Sequence record: PP067092.1
DNA: 50,602 bases
Origin: Pseudomonas phage PAShipCat1
Strand: one strand, 5' to 3'
The notes under the pieces were generated by a model. The model searched no databases. It was not told where the DNA came from and saw nothing but the letters and a program-made list of their open reading frames with translations. Shown one piece after another: positions 7,519 through 16,266 of the stretch (its first letter is position 1; every line of letters starts with the position of its first letter). Position numbers and translations under genes: made by a program.

Positions 7519-8096
7519 CGCTTTCCACCAGCCAGCCCAAGCCCCGCAAGTGCAAGAACCCTGAGTGCGGCACCACGTTCGTCCCTCAGCGCCTCGGGCA
7601 GCGCGTCTGCTCGCCGGCATGCGCCCTGGCCATCAAGGACAAGCACGCCAAGCCGGCGCGGAAGGCCATCGCTGACCGCGAGCGGAGGGAGATCAAGGTT
7701 CGGAAGGAGAGGCTGAAGAGTCGGGCGGATCACCTGCGCGAGGCTCAGCAGGCGTTCAACGAGTTCATTCGCCTGCGCGACGCCGACCAGCCGTGCATCA
7801 GTTGTGGCCGCCACCACGATGGGCAGTACCACGCCGGGCACTACCGCACGGTTGCCGCCAGCCCAGAACTTCGCTTCGAGCCGCTCAACGTCCACAAGCA
7901 GTGCGCTCCATGCAACAACCACAAATCAGGCGACATCGTGAACTACCGGATCAATCTGGTGCGCAAGATCGGCGCCGAGAAAGTTGAGTGGCTGGAAGGC
8001 CATCATGAGCCACTGAAACTGACCATTGAAGAAATCAAAGCACTGAAGGCCAAGTTCCGGGCCTGGGTGCGAGAACTGAAGAGGAAGACCGCCTAA
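7515..8096 (+). CDS. ninG: NinG (Rap)-like recombination-associated protein
   Basis: Strong match to lambda NinG: KPRKCKNPECGTTF... / QQAFNEFIRLRDADQPCISCG...HAGHYRTVAASPELRFEPLNVHKQCAPCNNHKSGDIVNYR vs lambda [21 protein letters not shown]...[40 protein letters not shown]. Confidence 0.85.
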   Translation: MTLSTSQPKPRKCKNPECGTTFVPQRLGQRVCSPACALAIKDKHAKPARKAIADRERREIKVRKERLKSRADHLREAQQAFNEFIRLRDADQPCISCGRHHDGQYHAGHYRTVAASPELRFEPLNVHKQCAPCNNHKSGDIVNYRINLVRKIGAEKVEWLEGHHEPLKLTIEEIKALKAKFRAWVRELKRKTA

Positions 8097-8413
8097 TGCA
8101 AACCATCATTTCGATCGTTATCAGCCTAGCTCTGAGCTTCTCCCTGATCTCGGGAGTGGTGCAGTTGTCGCAGTTCGCCTTCTACGTGTGCGCCGCGGCT
8201 AATGTGCTGTCATGGATTGTCGTTCTCACCGGTCAGGTCAAATACGACGTCGCAGAGAAAATTCGGAAGGGGGTATGGATCAGAATCCCGGCTTCGGTTT
8301 TCTACCTCTATGCCCTGATCTTCAGTGGTCATCCGCTTCTCGCGGCTTCTTCGTTCATGGTTCAGGCCTTCATCCTCGGCTTCGCGTTCAGCAAGCAAGC
8401 GAAACCTGCATGA
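8096..8413 (+). CDS. hypothetical integral membrane protein (3-4 TM)
   Basis: ORF track. Hydrophobic stretches ISIVISLALSFSLISGVV, VCAAANVLSWIVVLTG, SVFYLYALIFSG, FMVQAFILGFAF. Confidence 0.5.
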   Translation: MQTIISIVISLALSFSLISGVVQLSQFAFYVCAAANVLSWIVVLTGQVKYDVAEKIRKGVWIRIPASVFYLYALIFSGHPLLAASSFMVQAFILGFAFSKQAKPA

Positions 8414-8487
8414 CGCTGGCGGAATACATCGCCCAGCAATGGGAAATCCTTCGTGAATATGGGCTGATTAAGGGGGAAGGGAAATGA
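8410..8487 (+). CDS. micro-ORF (25 aa, MTLAEYIAQQWEILREYGLIKGEGK)
   Basis: Exactly bridges two genes with ATGA overlaps at both ends. Confidence 0.25.
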   Translation: MTLAEYIAQQWEILREYGLIKGEGK

Positions 8488-9170
8488 ATCTGAACAGCGC
8501 ACGCATTGCCTGGCACGATGCGTTCTATACCCCTTGGAACAGCGGAATGGCTGAGGCGGCGGAGCGAGCTGCTCTTGGAATTGTCGAGGCTGGCGGATAT
8601 GTCCGGCGCCGCATCACCGAGATCGACGATGATGGGGATGCTGTCTCCTACAGCCAGCACACCTTCGTGCCAGGAATCCACCAGACCAGGACTGAGCGCG
8701 ACATTAGCACTCCTCGGGCTGTTCACCAGGCGCTCGCCGGCGTGATTCAAAAGGCGATCGATACCCTCCCGGCGCACCTGAAGGTGTTCGGCAATCACAT
8801 GTACAGCCCGATGGCCGGCGAAGACGACAAAGAGACAGCGGAAGAGATCGTGTTCAGGGTCGCGTACGAAACTGGCCCAAGGATGTACACGAAGAAATTC
8901 GAGAAGGCGCGCTATGTCGCTGCGGGAGTCTTGTTCCGGTACCGTCGCATGCACCAGGGCGGCCAGAGCGAAGGCGTTGATCCCTGCCCAAGCCCTGAGT
9001 CGTTCCGCGCCTGGCTTGACCGTATGCATGGCATTGAACTTGACCCAAGAAACTGGGATAGGGAATGGGACGGCTTTATCCAGGCCTGTTTCGATGCCTG
9101 CAACGATCTCGACAAGGCCGCGCTTGTGCCTGTCTCTTCGGCGATAAAAATGATGAAAAATGCTGCTTGA
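8484..9170 (+). CDS. hypothetical protein at the late-regulator (Q) position
   Basis: ORF track. Last gene of nin region, followed by structured leader and terminator. No recognisable Q zinc finger, so the functional call is by synteny only. Confidence 0.5.
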   Translation: MNLNSARIAWHDAFYTPWNSGMAEAAERAALGIVEAGGYVRRRITEIDDDGDAVSYSQHTFVPGIHQTRTERDISTPRAVHQALAGVIQKAIDTLPAHLKVFGNHMYSPMAGEDDKETAEEIVFRVAYETGPRMYTKKFEKARYVAAGVLFRYRRMHQGGQSEGVDPCPSPESFRAWLDRMHGIELDPRNWDREWDGFIQACFDACNDLDKAALVPVSSAIKMMKNAA

Positions 9171-9206
9171 CGACAAATGTGCGGCTGAGGCAGACTTATC
9201 TCCATC

Positions 9207-9267
9207 GTGACAAATTCGCCTCTGGCGAAAGTCACCACCGAAGCCCTGGCATCTGCCGGGGCTTTTT
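9207..9267 (+). terminator. late leader: 11-bp hairpin (9207-9235) followed by intrinsic terminator (9242-9267), tR'-like
   Basis: GTGACAAATTCGCC-TCT-GGCGAAAGTCAC hairpin, then AGCCCTGGC-ATCT-GCCGGGGCT stem followed by TTTTT. Confidence 0.5.
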
Positions 9268-9434
9268 CGTTTCCGGGGCATGGATGAATCTCGAGCATCG
9301 CATAAGACGCTGGCTTCTTCAGGCTGAGCGACGTGGCAAGCCGATCCACGCAATTCTCATCCACCCCGACGATATCCAATCTGCAAGAAAGATCTGCCGG
9401 TTCGCGCCAGTAAAGGTGCTCGGCATTGAAGTAC

Positions 9435-9510
9435 GCCGGTATGGCGCAACAGGGAGCGCTGCTGATTTGTAATCAGAGGGTTGCGGGTTCGACTCCTGCT
9501 GCCGGCACCA
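9435..9510 (+). tRNA. tRNA-Thr (anticodon UGU), phage-encoded, with encoded CCA
   Basis: Manual fold: acceptor GCCGGTA/TGCCGGC (one G-U). U8. D-arm GCGC-AACAGGGA-GCGC with G18G19. Anticodon arm GCTGA-TTTGTAA-TCAGA (U33, TGT, A37). 5-nt variable loop. T-arm GCGGG-TTCGACT-CCTGC (T54 T55 C56). Discriminator A, CCA. Confidence 0.8.
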
Positions 9511-9518
9511 CACTACAA

Positions 9519-9546
9519 GGCCCAGGCAATGACCTGGGCTTTTCTG
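9519..9546 (+). terminator. intrinsic terminator downstream of tRNA
   Basis: GCCCAGG-CAATGA-CCTGGGC followed by TTTTCT. Confidence 0.6.
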
Positions 9547-9562
9547 CATCTGGAGTAAGCAA

Positions 9563-9895
9563 ATGGACCCGATGACGACCGTTGGCGGAGGTCTCTTCGC
9601 CAAGTACAGCGTCGCTATTGCCGGGTTCTGGGGGTCTATTCTGTCCCTTGGATTCCTGAGCGGCCTGAACCGCTGGCAAGCCGCGCTCGCTGTAGCAACC
9701 GGATTCGGGTGCTCAACCTATTGGACTGCTCCGGTTGCCGCATGGCTTTCGCGTGAGTACGAGATTCCACTCGATGACGCATTTCTGAGTGGTGTCGCAT
9801 TCACCATTGGTTTGCTGGCGATGAATATCATCCCCGGCCTGAAGGCGGCAGTAACGGCAATCACAGAGCGGTTCCTTCCTACGAGAGGAACCTGA
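9563..9895 (+). CDS. holin-like membrane protein (3 TM, charged C-terminus)
   Basis: 110 aa. Three hydrophobic helices and a basic/charged tail KAAVTAITERFLPTRGT. First gene after late leader. Confidence 0.5.
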   Translation: MDPMTTVGGGLFAKYSVAIAGFWGSILSLGFLSGLNRWQAALAVATGFGCSTYWTAPVAAWLSREYEIPLDDAFLSGVAFTIGLLAMNIIPGLKAAVTAITERFLPTRGT

Positions 9896-9897
9896 TC

Positions 9898-10170
9898 ATG
9901 ATCATGTCGATTCTGGCGGCGCTGGATGCGCTGCTGTGTGTGCTTGTCGTTGTAGCTGCTCTGGAGTTCCTGCGCACCGTCCAGCTGTCTGGGCAGCCGC
10001 TATTGGGTATCTCCTTCTACCTGGTGGCAGGTGGTGCATTCGGAATCCTGTACGGAATCATGAAGGGCGCACCGGTTAATCCATTTTCGGTGATCCTCCA
10101 TGCTGGGCTCGTACTTTACGCCTGGTCCCGGCGCCGGCAGATATTCGGAAGCGACTGGTCGTGGAACTGA
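9898..10170 (+). CDS. small membrane protein (2 TM), possible holin/antiholin partner
   Basis: 90 aa. Two TM segments. C-terminal RRRQIF. Confidence 0.4.
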   Translation: MIMSILAALDALLCVLVVVAALEFLRTVQLSGQPLLGISFYLVAGGAFGILYGIMKGAPVNPFSVILHAGLVLYAWSRRRQIFGSDWSWN

Positions 10171-10790
10171 AGCGACCTAACCCTCCAGAGACGATCGGGC
10201 AGTTCGCGGAAGGCGAAGATTGGGCGGACGCCTTTGTCCCCGCTCAGGATGTTCTGGCTTGGGCGAAGTCAGTGTTAATCGATCCGAACGGAATCCTGGG
10301 CAATGAAGACCACGCCCACCTACAAGACGCTCCTCTCGCTTTCCTATGGGCTGCCTCCAGCTTCACCAAGCAGGGGAGGACGGTACTGGGTCAGTGCGAA
10401 GAGGTGACGTTCCGCTGTGGAGCCTGGCAGAAGGGTAGGCAGGAACAGCAGATGATCCGTTGGTTCGGATACCTGCCGAGGTTTCTGATCACCCTGGCTG
10501 CTGACTACTGCTCCCAGTGCTCCGACGCGGAGTTCTGCGCATTGGTCGAGCATGAGCTCTACCACATCTGCCAAGAGCACAACCAATATGGCGAGCCCAA
10601 GTTCACCGAGGAGGGCTTTCCAAAGCTGAAGCTCCGCGGGCATGACGTCGAGGAGTTCGTCGGCGTGGTGAGGCGGTACGGCCCAAGCAAGGACGTGCAG
10701 TATCTCATCGACGCTGCTAGCAGGCCTCCAGAGGTGGCCAAAATTAACATTTCGAGAGCCTGCGGTACGTGCCTGCTGAAGTCGGCATAG
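10161..10790 (+). CDS. putative zinc metallopeptidase-like protein (HExxH motif VEHELYHI)
   Basis: ORF track. ALVEHELYHICQEH. No TM or signal peptide. Function unknown. Confidence 0.5.
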   Translation: MELKRPNPPETIGQFAEGEDWADAFVPAQDVLAWAKSVLIDPNGILGNEDHAHLQDAPLAFLWAASSFTKQGRTVLGQCEEVTFRCGAWQKGRQEQQMIRWFGYLPRFLITLAADYCSQCSDAEFCALVEHELYHICQEHNQYGEPKFTEEGFPKLKLRGHDVEEFVGVVRRYGPSKDVQYLIDAASRPPEVAKINISRACGTCLLKSA

Positions 10791-10821
10791 CCACGACAGG
10801 CCCATGACAGGAAGAAAAACG

Positions 10822-11289
10822 ATGGCAACCCTGAACAGCGACGTGAAGGCGTTCATCGTTCAGGCGCTGGCCTGTTTCGATACGCCATCCCAGGTTGCGG
10901 AATCGGTCAAGAAGGAATTCGGCATCGAGGTCAGTCGGCAGCAGATCGAGTCGCACGACCCGAACAAGGTGTGCAGCAAGGGCCTTGCCGCGAAGTGGCG
11001 GATCCTCTTCGAGGACACCCGCAAGCGCTTCCGCGAGGAGATCGCCGACATCCCGATCGCCAACCGCGCCTACCGACTGAGGGCATTGGGTCGGATGGCT
11101 GAGCGCGCCGAGGGCATGCGAAACATGGCCCTGGCTGCCCAGCTTTACGAGCAGGCCGCCAAGGAGTCGGGTGGCATGTACAGCAACAAGCACCAGCTCG
11201 AGCACTCTGGTCCTGGCGGAGGTCCGATCCCGACAATGCCGACCACCATCCAGCTTGTGGCGCCAGGCCATGACCACGGCGAAGATTGA
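10822..11289 (+). CDS. putative terminase small subunit (DUF2280-like)
   Basis: AGGAAG SD before the internal ATG (MATLNSDVKAFIVQALACFDTPSQVAESVKKEFGIEVSRQQIESHDP...). Overlaps start of terminase large subunit. Confidence 0.55.
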   Translation: MATLNSDVKAFIVQALACFDTPSQVAESVKKEFGIEVSRQQIESHDPNKVCSKGLAAKWRILFEDTRKRFREEIADIPIANRAYRLRALGRMAERAEGMRNMALAAQLYEQAAKESGGMYSNKHQLEHSGPGGGPIPTMPTTIQLVAPGHDHGED

Positions 11290-12526
11290 ACTTCCGCCAA
11301 AGCTGATACCAGTCTTCTCAGGCCCTGCCCGGTACCGCGGCGCCCATGGTGGACGAGGCAGTGCCAAAACGCGCACGTTCGCCAAGATGACGGCAGTAAG
11401 GGCGTACATGTACGCGGAGGCTGGAATCAGTGGCGTGATCCTCGGGGCGCGCGAGTACATGAACTCGCTTGAAGAGTCCTCCATGGAGGAAATCAAGCAG
11501 GCAATTCGATCCGAGCCATGGCTGGACGCGTACTTTGACATTGGTGAGAAGTACATTCGGACCAAGAATCGCCGAATTTCGTATGTGTTCTGCGGATTGC
11601 GCCATAACCTCGACAGCATCAAGTCGAAGGCCAGAATCCTGATCGCCTGGGTTGACGAGGCTGAAAACGTCAGCGAAACGGCGTGGATAAAGCTCCTGCC
11701 GACGGTTCGTGAGAACGACTCGGAGGTCTGGATTACCTGGAACCCGGAGCGCGATGGAAGCGCCACCGACACCCGGTTCCGGAAGAACATGCCGGCAGGC
11801 GCAAAAATCGTCGAGATGAACTACACGGACAATCCGTGGTTTCCCGATGTGCTCGATCAGGAGCGCCTGAACGACCGGCAGACGCTGGACGACCAGACCT
11901 ATGCCTGGATCTGGGATGGCGCCTACCGCGAGAACAGCGACGCTCAGATCCTTGCTGGCAAGTACCGGGTGGCCGAGTTCGAGCCTGGTCCCGATTGGGA
12001 TGGCCCTTACTACGGCATCGACTGGGGGTTCAGCCAGGACCCGACTGTCGGCGTCAAATGCTGGATTTACGACCGCAGGCTTTGGATTGAGCACGAAGCC
12101 GGAAAGGTTGGACTTGAGAACGACGATATCGCTGAGTACATGATCAGGCGCTTGCCAGGGATCGAACGACATGCAGTCCGAGCCGACTCGGCCAGGCCGG
12201 AGACGATCAGCCACGTCAGGAGTAAAGGGAAAGATGGCAGTCGTGCATGTCTGCCCAGGATCGAAGGTGTCGAGAAATGGAAAGGCAGCGTCGAGGACGG
12301 CATTGCCCACCTTCGCAGCTATGTCGAGATCGTGATCCATGAGCGATGCACGAAAACCCTCCGCGAGGCCAGGCTATACAGCTACAAGGTAGACCGGCAG
12401 ACCGGGGATGTGCTTACCGATATCGTCGACAAGAACAACCACTACTGGGACGCCACACGCTACGCGTTGGGCCCGCTGATCAAGCGCCGCGGCGCGGTCG
12501 GTATGCTGCTACCAGGAGCCCGCTGA
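11270..12526 (+). CDS. terL: terminase large subunit
   Basis: ATPase region (ARYRGAHGGRGSAKT, Walker B ILIAWVDEAE) plus C-terminal nuclease-like domain. Internal ATG MTTAKIEL... chosen. Confidence 0.85.
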   Translation: MTTAKIELPPKLIPVFSGPARYRGAHGGRGSAKTRTFAKMTAVRAYMYAEAGISGVILGAREYMNSLEESSMEEIKQAIRSEPWLDAYFDIGEKYIRTKNRRISYVFCGLRHNLDSIKSKARILIAWVDEAENVSETAWIKLLPTVRENDSEVWITWNPERDGSATDTRFRKNMPAGAKIVEMNYTDNPWFPDVLDQERLNDRQTLDDQTYAWIWDGAYRENSDAQILAGKYRVAEFEPGPDWDGPYYGIDWGFSQDPTVGVKCWIYDRRLWIEHEAGKVGLENDDIAEYMIRRLPGIERHAVRADSARPETISHVRSKGKDGSRACLPRIEGVEKWKGSVEDGIAHLRSYVEIVIHERCTKTLREARLYSYKVDRQTGDVLTDIVDKNNHYWDATRYALGPLIKRRGAVGMLLPGAR

Positions 12527-12723
12527 TGGCCATCTTCATCCTCACGGAGCGCGCAACCAGCCGCTCCATGGTGGTCCGTGCTCGCTGCACGTCCTGCGCC
12601 CGCACCGTGGCGGTCGAGAACGCTGGCGCTGAAGGGACGATGGTATGGCGCGACCCCAACCTCTCTTCTGTCGAACTGGTCCGCGAGACGGACAAGCCAG
12701 GCCTCATCCTGAAATCGGACTGA
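12523..12723 (+). CDS. hypothetical protein (66 aa)
   Basis: ATGA overlap with terL stop. Fills the gap to the portal gene. Confidence 0.35.
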   Translation: MMAIFILTERATSRSMVVRARCTSCARTVAVENAGAEGTMVWRDPNLSSVELVRETDKPGLILKSD

Positions 12724-12725
12724 CC

Positions 12726-14096
12726 ATGACTGACAAACTCGACCTCGCGGTCAATCACGCGATGAGCAGTGCTGTCGCGCGTGCGCGAATGAGCCTGCTG
12801 AACCAGGGCATCGGCCATGACGCCAAGCGGCCGCAGGCATGGTGCGAGTATGGTTTCCCTCAGGAAATCACGTTCAACGACCTGTACACCATGTACCGGC
12901 GGGGCGGTATTGCCCATGGCGCGGTCGAGAAGATCGTCACCACGTGCTGGAAGACAAATCCGCAGGTCATCGAGGGCGACGATCAGGACCGCTCCAAGGA
13001 CGAAACCGAGTGGGAGAGGAAGAACAAGCCGTTGATCGCAGGCGGCAGGTTCTGGCGGGCTGTCTCCGAAGCCGACCGGCGCCGCTTGGTGGGTCGGTAT
13101 TCCGGGTTGCTCCTGCACATCAGGGATAGCCAGCCGTGGGATATGCCTGTCACGGGAAAGGTCAATGGCCTGGCGAAGGTCACCCCGGCCTGGGCTGGGT
13201 GCCTTAAGCCGAAGTCGTTCGACGAAAAGCTAGATAGCGAGACCTACGGGCAGCCCACCATGTGGGAATACACCGAGGCCTCCCAAGCCGGGCGCCCTGG
13301 CCTGGTGCGGGATATCCATCCGGATCGGGTGTTTATCCTCGGCGACTGGACCGGCGATGCAATCGGCTTCCTGGAGCCTGCCTACAACTCCTTCATCAGC
13401 CTTGAGAAGGTCGAGGGAGGCAGTGGCGAATCGTTCCTCAAGAACGCCGCACGTCAGCTCCTGCTGAACTTCGACAAGGAGATTCAGCTCGGCGAGATCG
13501 CCAGCACCTACGGCGTGACGATCGATGCGCTCAACGAACGCTTCAACGAGGCGGCGCGTCAGTTAAACCGCGGCAACGATGTCCTGCTTCCAACCCAGGG
13601 GGCGACCGTCACGCAGATGGTGTCCGCCGTTTCGGACCCCAGCCCAACCTACAACGTCAACCTGCAAACCGCCGCCGCCGGGGTCGACATCCCGACCAAG
13701 ATTCTGGTGGGCATGCAGACCGGCGAGCGGGCGAGCAGTGAGGACCAGAAGTACCACAACGCCAGATGCCAGGCGCGCCGGGTGCAAGAACTGACGTTCG
13801 AGATCAACGACCTGTTCGGGCACCTGATGCGCATCGGCGTGGTCCCTCTGAAGGCCGAGTTCACGGCAATCTGGGATGACCTCACCGTTCCAACCAAGGC
13901 CGAGCGCCTGGCCAACTCCAAGACCATGAGCGAGATCAACAGCGCCGCAATCGGCACTGGCGAGCCGGTATTCACCGCGGAGGAGATCCGCGAAGAGGCT
14001 GGCTACGACCCGCTCGTGGGCGGTGACCCGCTGCCTGATACCGAACCGGAGGATGAAGATGCCGCGCGCACCGATCCTACCGGCGAGCAGCAGTGA
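12726..14096 (+). CDS. portal protein
   Basis: 456 aa. Position between terL and MuF-like gene. Acidic C-terminus. Internal ATG MTDKLDLAV... after the stop of preceding ORF. Confidence 0.7.
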   Translation: MTDKLDLAVNHAMSSAVARARMSLLNQGIGHDAKRPQAWCEYGFPQEITFNDLYTMYRRGGIAHGAVEKIVTTCWKTNPQVIEGDDQDRSKDETEWERKNKPLIAGGRFWRAVSEADRRRLVGRYSGLLLHIRDSQPWDMPVTGKVNGLAKVTPAWAGCLKPKSFDEKLDSETYGQPTMWEYTEASQAGRPGLVRDIHPDRVFILGDWTGDAIGFLEPAYNSFISLEKVEGGSGESFLKNAARQLLLNFDKEIQLGEIASTYGVTIDALNERFNEAARQLNRGNDVLLPTQGATVTQMVSAVSDPSPTYNVNLQTAAAGVDIPTKILVGMQTGERASSEDQKYHNARCQARRVQELTFEINDLFGHLMRIGVVPLKAEFTAIWDDLTVPTKAERLANSKTMSEINSAAIGTGEPVFTAEEIREEAGYDPLVGGDPLPDTEPEDEDAARTDPTGEQQ

Positions 14097-14130
14097 CCCG
14101 ACCGGGGTAGATCGACTGGAAAGGGGCGCA

Positions 14131-14982
14131 ATGCGCGAGTTCGACAGGCGCATGCGGAAAATCCGGGATGGCTATGTCGCTGCCTTGGACCGAATCCCGG
14201 CCCAGCCGGTGGTGAATGAGCAGTACACCTACCGTCTCGACCAGGCCCTTCTCTCCGCGATCTTCGCCGACACCAACCTGATGGTCGACGAGATACTGCA
14301 GGAGGGCGGGGAGCGCGACCTCTGGTTCTTCGAATCCTATGTCGGGGTTGCCTACATCCGCGGTACCGCACAGACGCATGCCAACCTGGCGCAGCAATCG
14401 CCTGCATACCGCGCCGGCCGGGAATCGCTGGATGTCCTGCTTCGATCCGACGCCTACCGCGCGCGGATGGCACTGCTTCGCGCCCGGGAGTTCGAGGAGA
14501 TGAAGGGCTTGTCCGGCCAAGTCAAGGCCGACATGGCGCGCATTCTCGCCGAGGGCATGGGGCGCGGGAAGAATCCCCGCGAAATCGCACGGGACCTGAC
14601 CGCACAGACCGGCATCGAGGCGCGTCGCGGCCATCGCATCGCACGCACCGAAGTCACAACCGCTCTCCGAAGGGCTCGCTGGGACGAGAAAGACGCTGCT
14701 GAGGCCGACTACGGCGTTCAGTCGAAGCTGATGCATATGTCGGCCCTGTCCCCCAGCACCAGGGCAACCCATGCGGCCAGGCACGCCAGGCTCTACACCT
14801 CGGACGAGGTGAGGGACTGGTACAGCCGAGACGGAAACTCGATCAACTGCAAGTGCAGCCAGGTCGAGGTACTGGTCGATGACGAAGGGAATCCGGTTGT
14901 CCCGGCCATCGTCGAGCGCGCGCGCCGCAACTACCAAGTCATGAAAGCCAAAGGGCGCGGGCCCTGGGCGAAAGAGGATTGA
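14131..14982 (+). CDS. head morphogenesis protein (Mu F / SPP1 gp7 family)
   Basis: GAAAGGGG SD + ATG MREFDRRMRKIRDGY. Conserved C-terminal region ...HAARHARLYTSDEVRDWYSRDGNSINCKCSQVEVLVDDEGNP... Confidence 0.8.
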   Translation: MREFDRRMRKIRDGYVAALDRIPAQPVVNEQYTYRLDQALLSAIFADTNLMVDEILQEGGERDLWFFESYVGVAYIRGTAQTHANLAQQSPAYRAGRESLDVLLRSDAYRARMALLRAREFEEMKGLSGQVKADMARILAEGMGRGKNPREIARDLTAQTGIEARRGHRIARTEVTTALRRARWDEKDAAEADYGVQSKLMHMSALSPSTRATHAARHARLYTSDEVRDWYSRDGNSINCKCSQVEVLVDDEGNPVVPAIVERARRNYQVMKAKGRGPWAKED

Positions 14983-14985
14983 GCC

Positions 14986-16263
14986 ATGCCCATGCAGGTC
15001 AACATCACCACCCAGGTCAACAGCGCCAGCATTCGGCGTGAGACACACAACGGGCGCGAACACCTGGTTCTGCCGAGCTACACCCTGCCGGCCGGCGTGA
15101 TCATGAACGGTGGTCTCTACACCGCCGAGCAGATCGACAAGCACTACCCAGGCCTGGAGGGAACGCTGGCGCCGCTCGGGCACCCGATGGTCGACGGGAA
15201 GTTCGTGTCTGCGTTCTCGCCTGAGGGGATCAACGCCGCCCACGTCGGCGCCTGGAACCGCAACGTGAAGAAGTCCGGCAACCGGGTCTACATGGAGAAG
15301 TGGGTCGACGTCGAGTTTGCCAAGTCCACGGAGGGCGGCCGTGAACTGTTGCAGCGCGTCGAAGCGCTGGAGAAGGGGGAGGACGTCCCCCCGATCCATA
15401 CCAGCGTTGCCGCATTCCTCAATCGCATCGAGCCGAACGAAAGCCAGCGTGCCCAGGGCGCGGAGTGGGTCGCCGACATCCAGAGCATGGATCACGACGC
15501 GATCCTGCTGCACGAAGTAGGGGCGGCCACTCCTGAGCAGGGCGTCGGCCTGATGGTAAACGCCGACCAGGCTGTCCCGCTTCAGCCGAATTCCGGCGCT
15601 CTGGTTGGCGAGTCCTACCGGGAGCGGGAGCAGCGTCTCGATCGCGCCGCAAAGGAGCGATTCGCCTCCGGGCCCGACCAGTACGCATGGGTTGCCGACT
15701 TCACCGATTCTCAGGCTGTGATCAGCCGCAATGGCGGTGTGACCGAGGTGTACGGCTACAAGGTCGAGGCAGGGAAGATCGTCTTCGACGAATCCGGCCA
15801 GCCCGTTGTCAGGCAAGAGTCCTGGGTCGCCATGGTGGCCAACAGCATCAAGAACATTTTCACCCATCGTCAGGCTCGGCCTGATCAACCTGAGAAGGAG
15901 GGCGACATGCCCCTGACCCCCGAAGAAAAGGCCGAAATCGTGAAGGAAATCGGCACCAACACCTCCAGCGCCATCAAGGAACTGGCGGACACCATCATCA
16001 AGCCTCTGGCCGACAAGGTCGACGGCCTGGTCGCCAATCACAAGGCGCTGGCCGACACGCTGACCGCCAACCAGCGCGCCGAGGAAGACAGCATGCGCGA
16101 AGCGGTCAAGGCCAAGTTTGGCGAGGTCATCGCCAACAGCCTGGCCGGCGACGCGCTCAAGGAACTGTTCAAGCAGTGCGGCGAATCCGCTCCACTGGGC
16201 GCCAATGCTGCCACCGACAAAGGCGGCCTCACCGCCGATATCGCCAACCTGCCGAAGGAGTAA
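14986..16263 (+). CDS. putative scaffolding/prohead core protein (DUF2213-like)
   Basis: Synteny MuF - this - small structural - capsid. Acidic/alpha-helical C-terminal half. Confidence 0.5.
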   Translation: MPMQVNITTQVNSASIRRETHNGREHLVLPSYTLPAGVIMNGGLYTAEQIDKHYPGLEGTLAPLGHPMVDGKFVSAFSPEGINAAHVGAWNRNVKKSGNRVYMEKWVDVEFAKSTEGGRELLQRVEALEKGEDVPPIHTSVAAFLNRIEPNESQRAQGAEWVADIQSMDHDAILLHEVGAATPEQGVGLMVNADQAVPLQPNSGALVGESYREREQRLDRAAKERFASGPDQYAWVADFTDSQAVISRNGGVTEVYGYKVEAGKIVFDESGQPVVRQESWVAMVANSIKNIFTHRQARPDQPEKEGDMPLTPEEKAEIVKEIGTNTSSAIKELADTIIKPLADKVDGLVANHKALADTLTANQRAEEDSMREAVKAKFGEVIANSLAGDALKELFKQCGESAPLGANAATDKGGLTADIANLPKE

Positions 16264-16266
16264 GCC

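Noticed and set aside
8484-9170. Confident call of antiterminator Q
   Set aside because: Only the position supports it. No zinc-finger or known Q motifs recognised, so it is left as hypothetical.
9065-9472. ORF overlapping the end of the Q-position gene and the tRNA
   Set aside because: Runs across a hairpin/terminator pair and into the tRNA. No SD.
9435-9510. tRNA as an integration-site remnant (attL/attR)
   Set aside because: Full-length with CCA and 27 kb from int/attP. Phage genes continue on both sides. Interpreted as a phage-encoded tRNA in the late leader.
11318-12340. Minus-strand ORF inside the terminase large subunit gene
   Set aside because: Shadow ORF antisense to a gene with clear terminase ATPase motifs.
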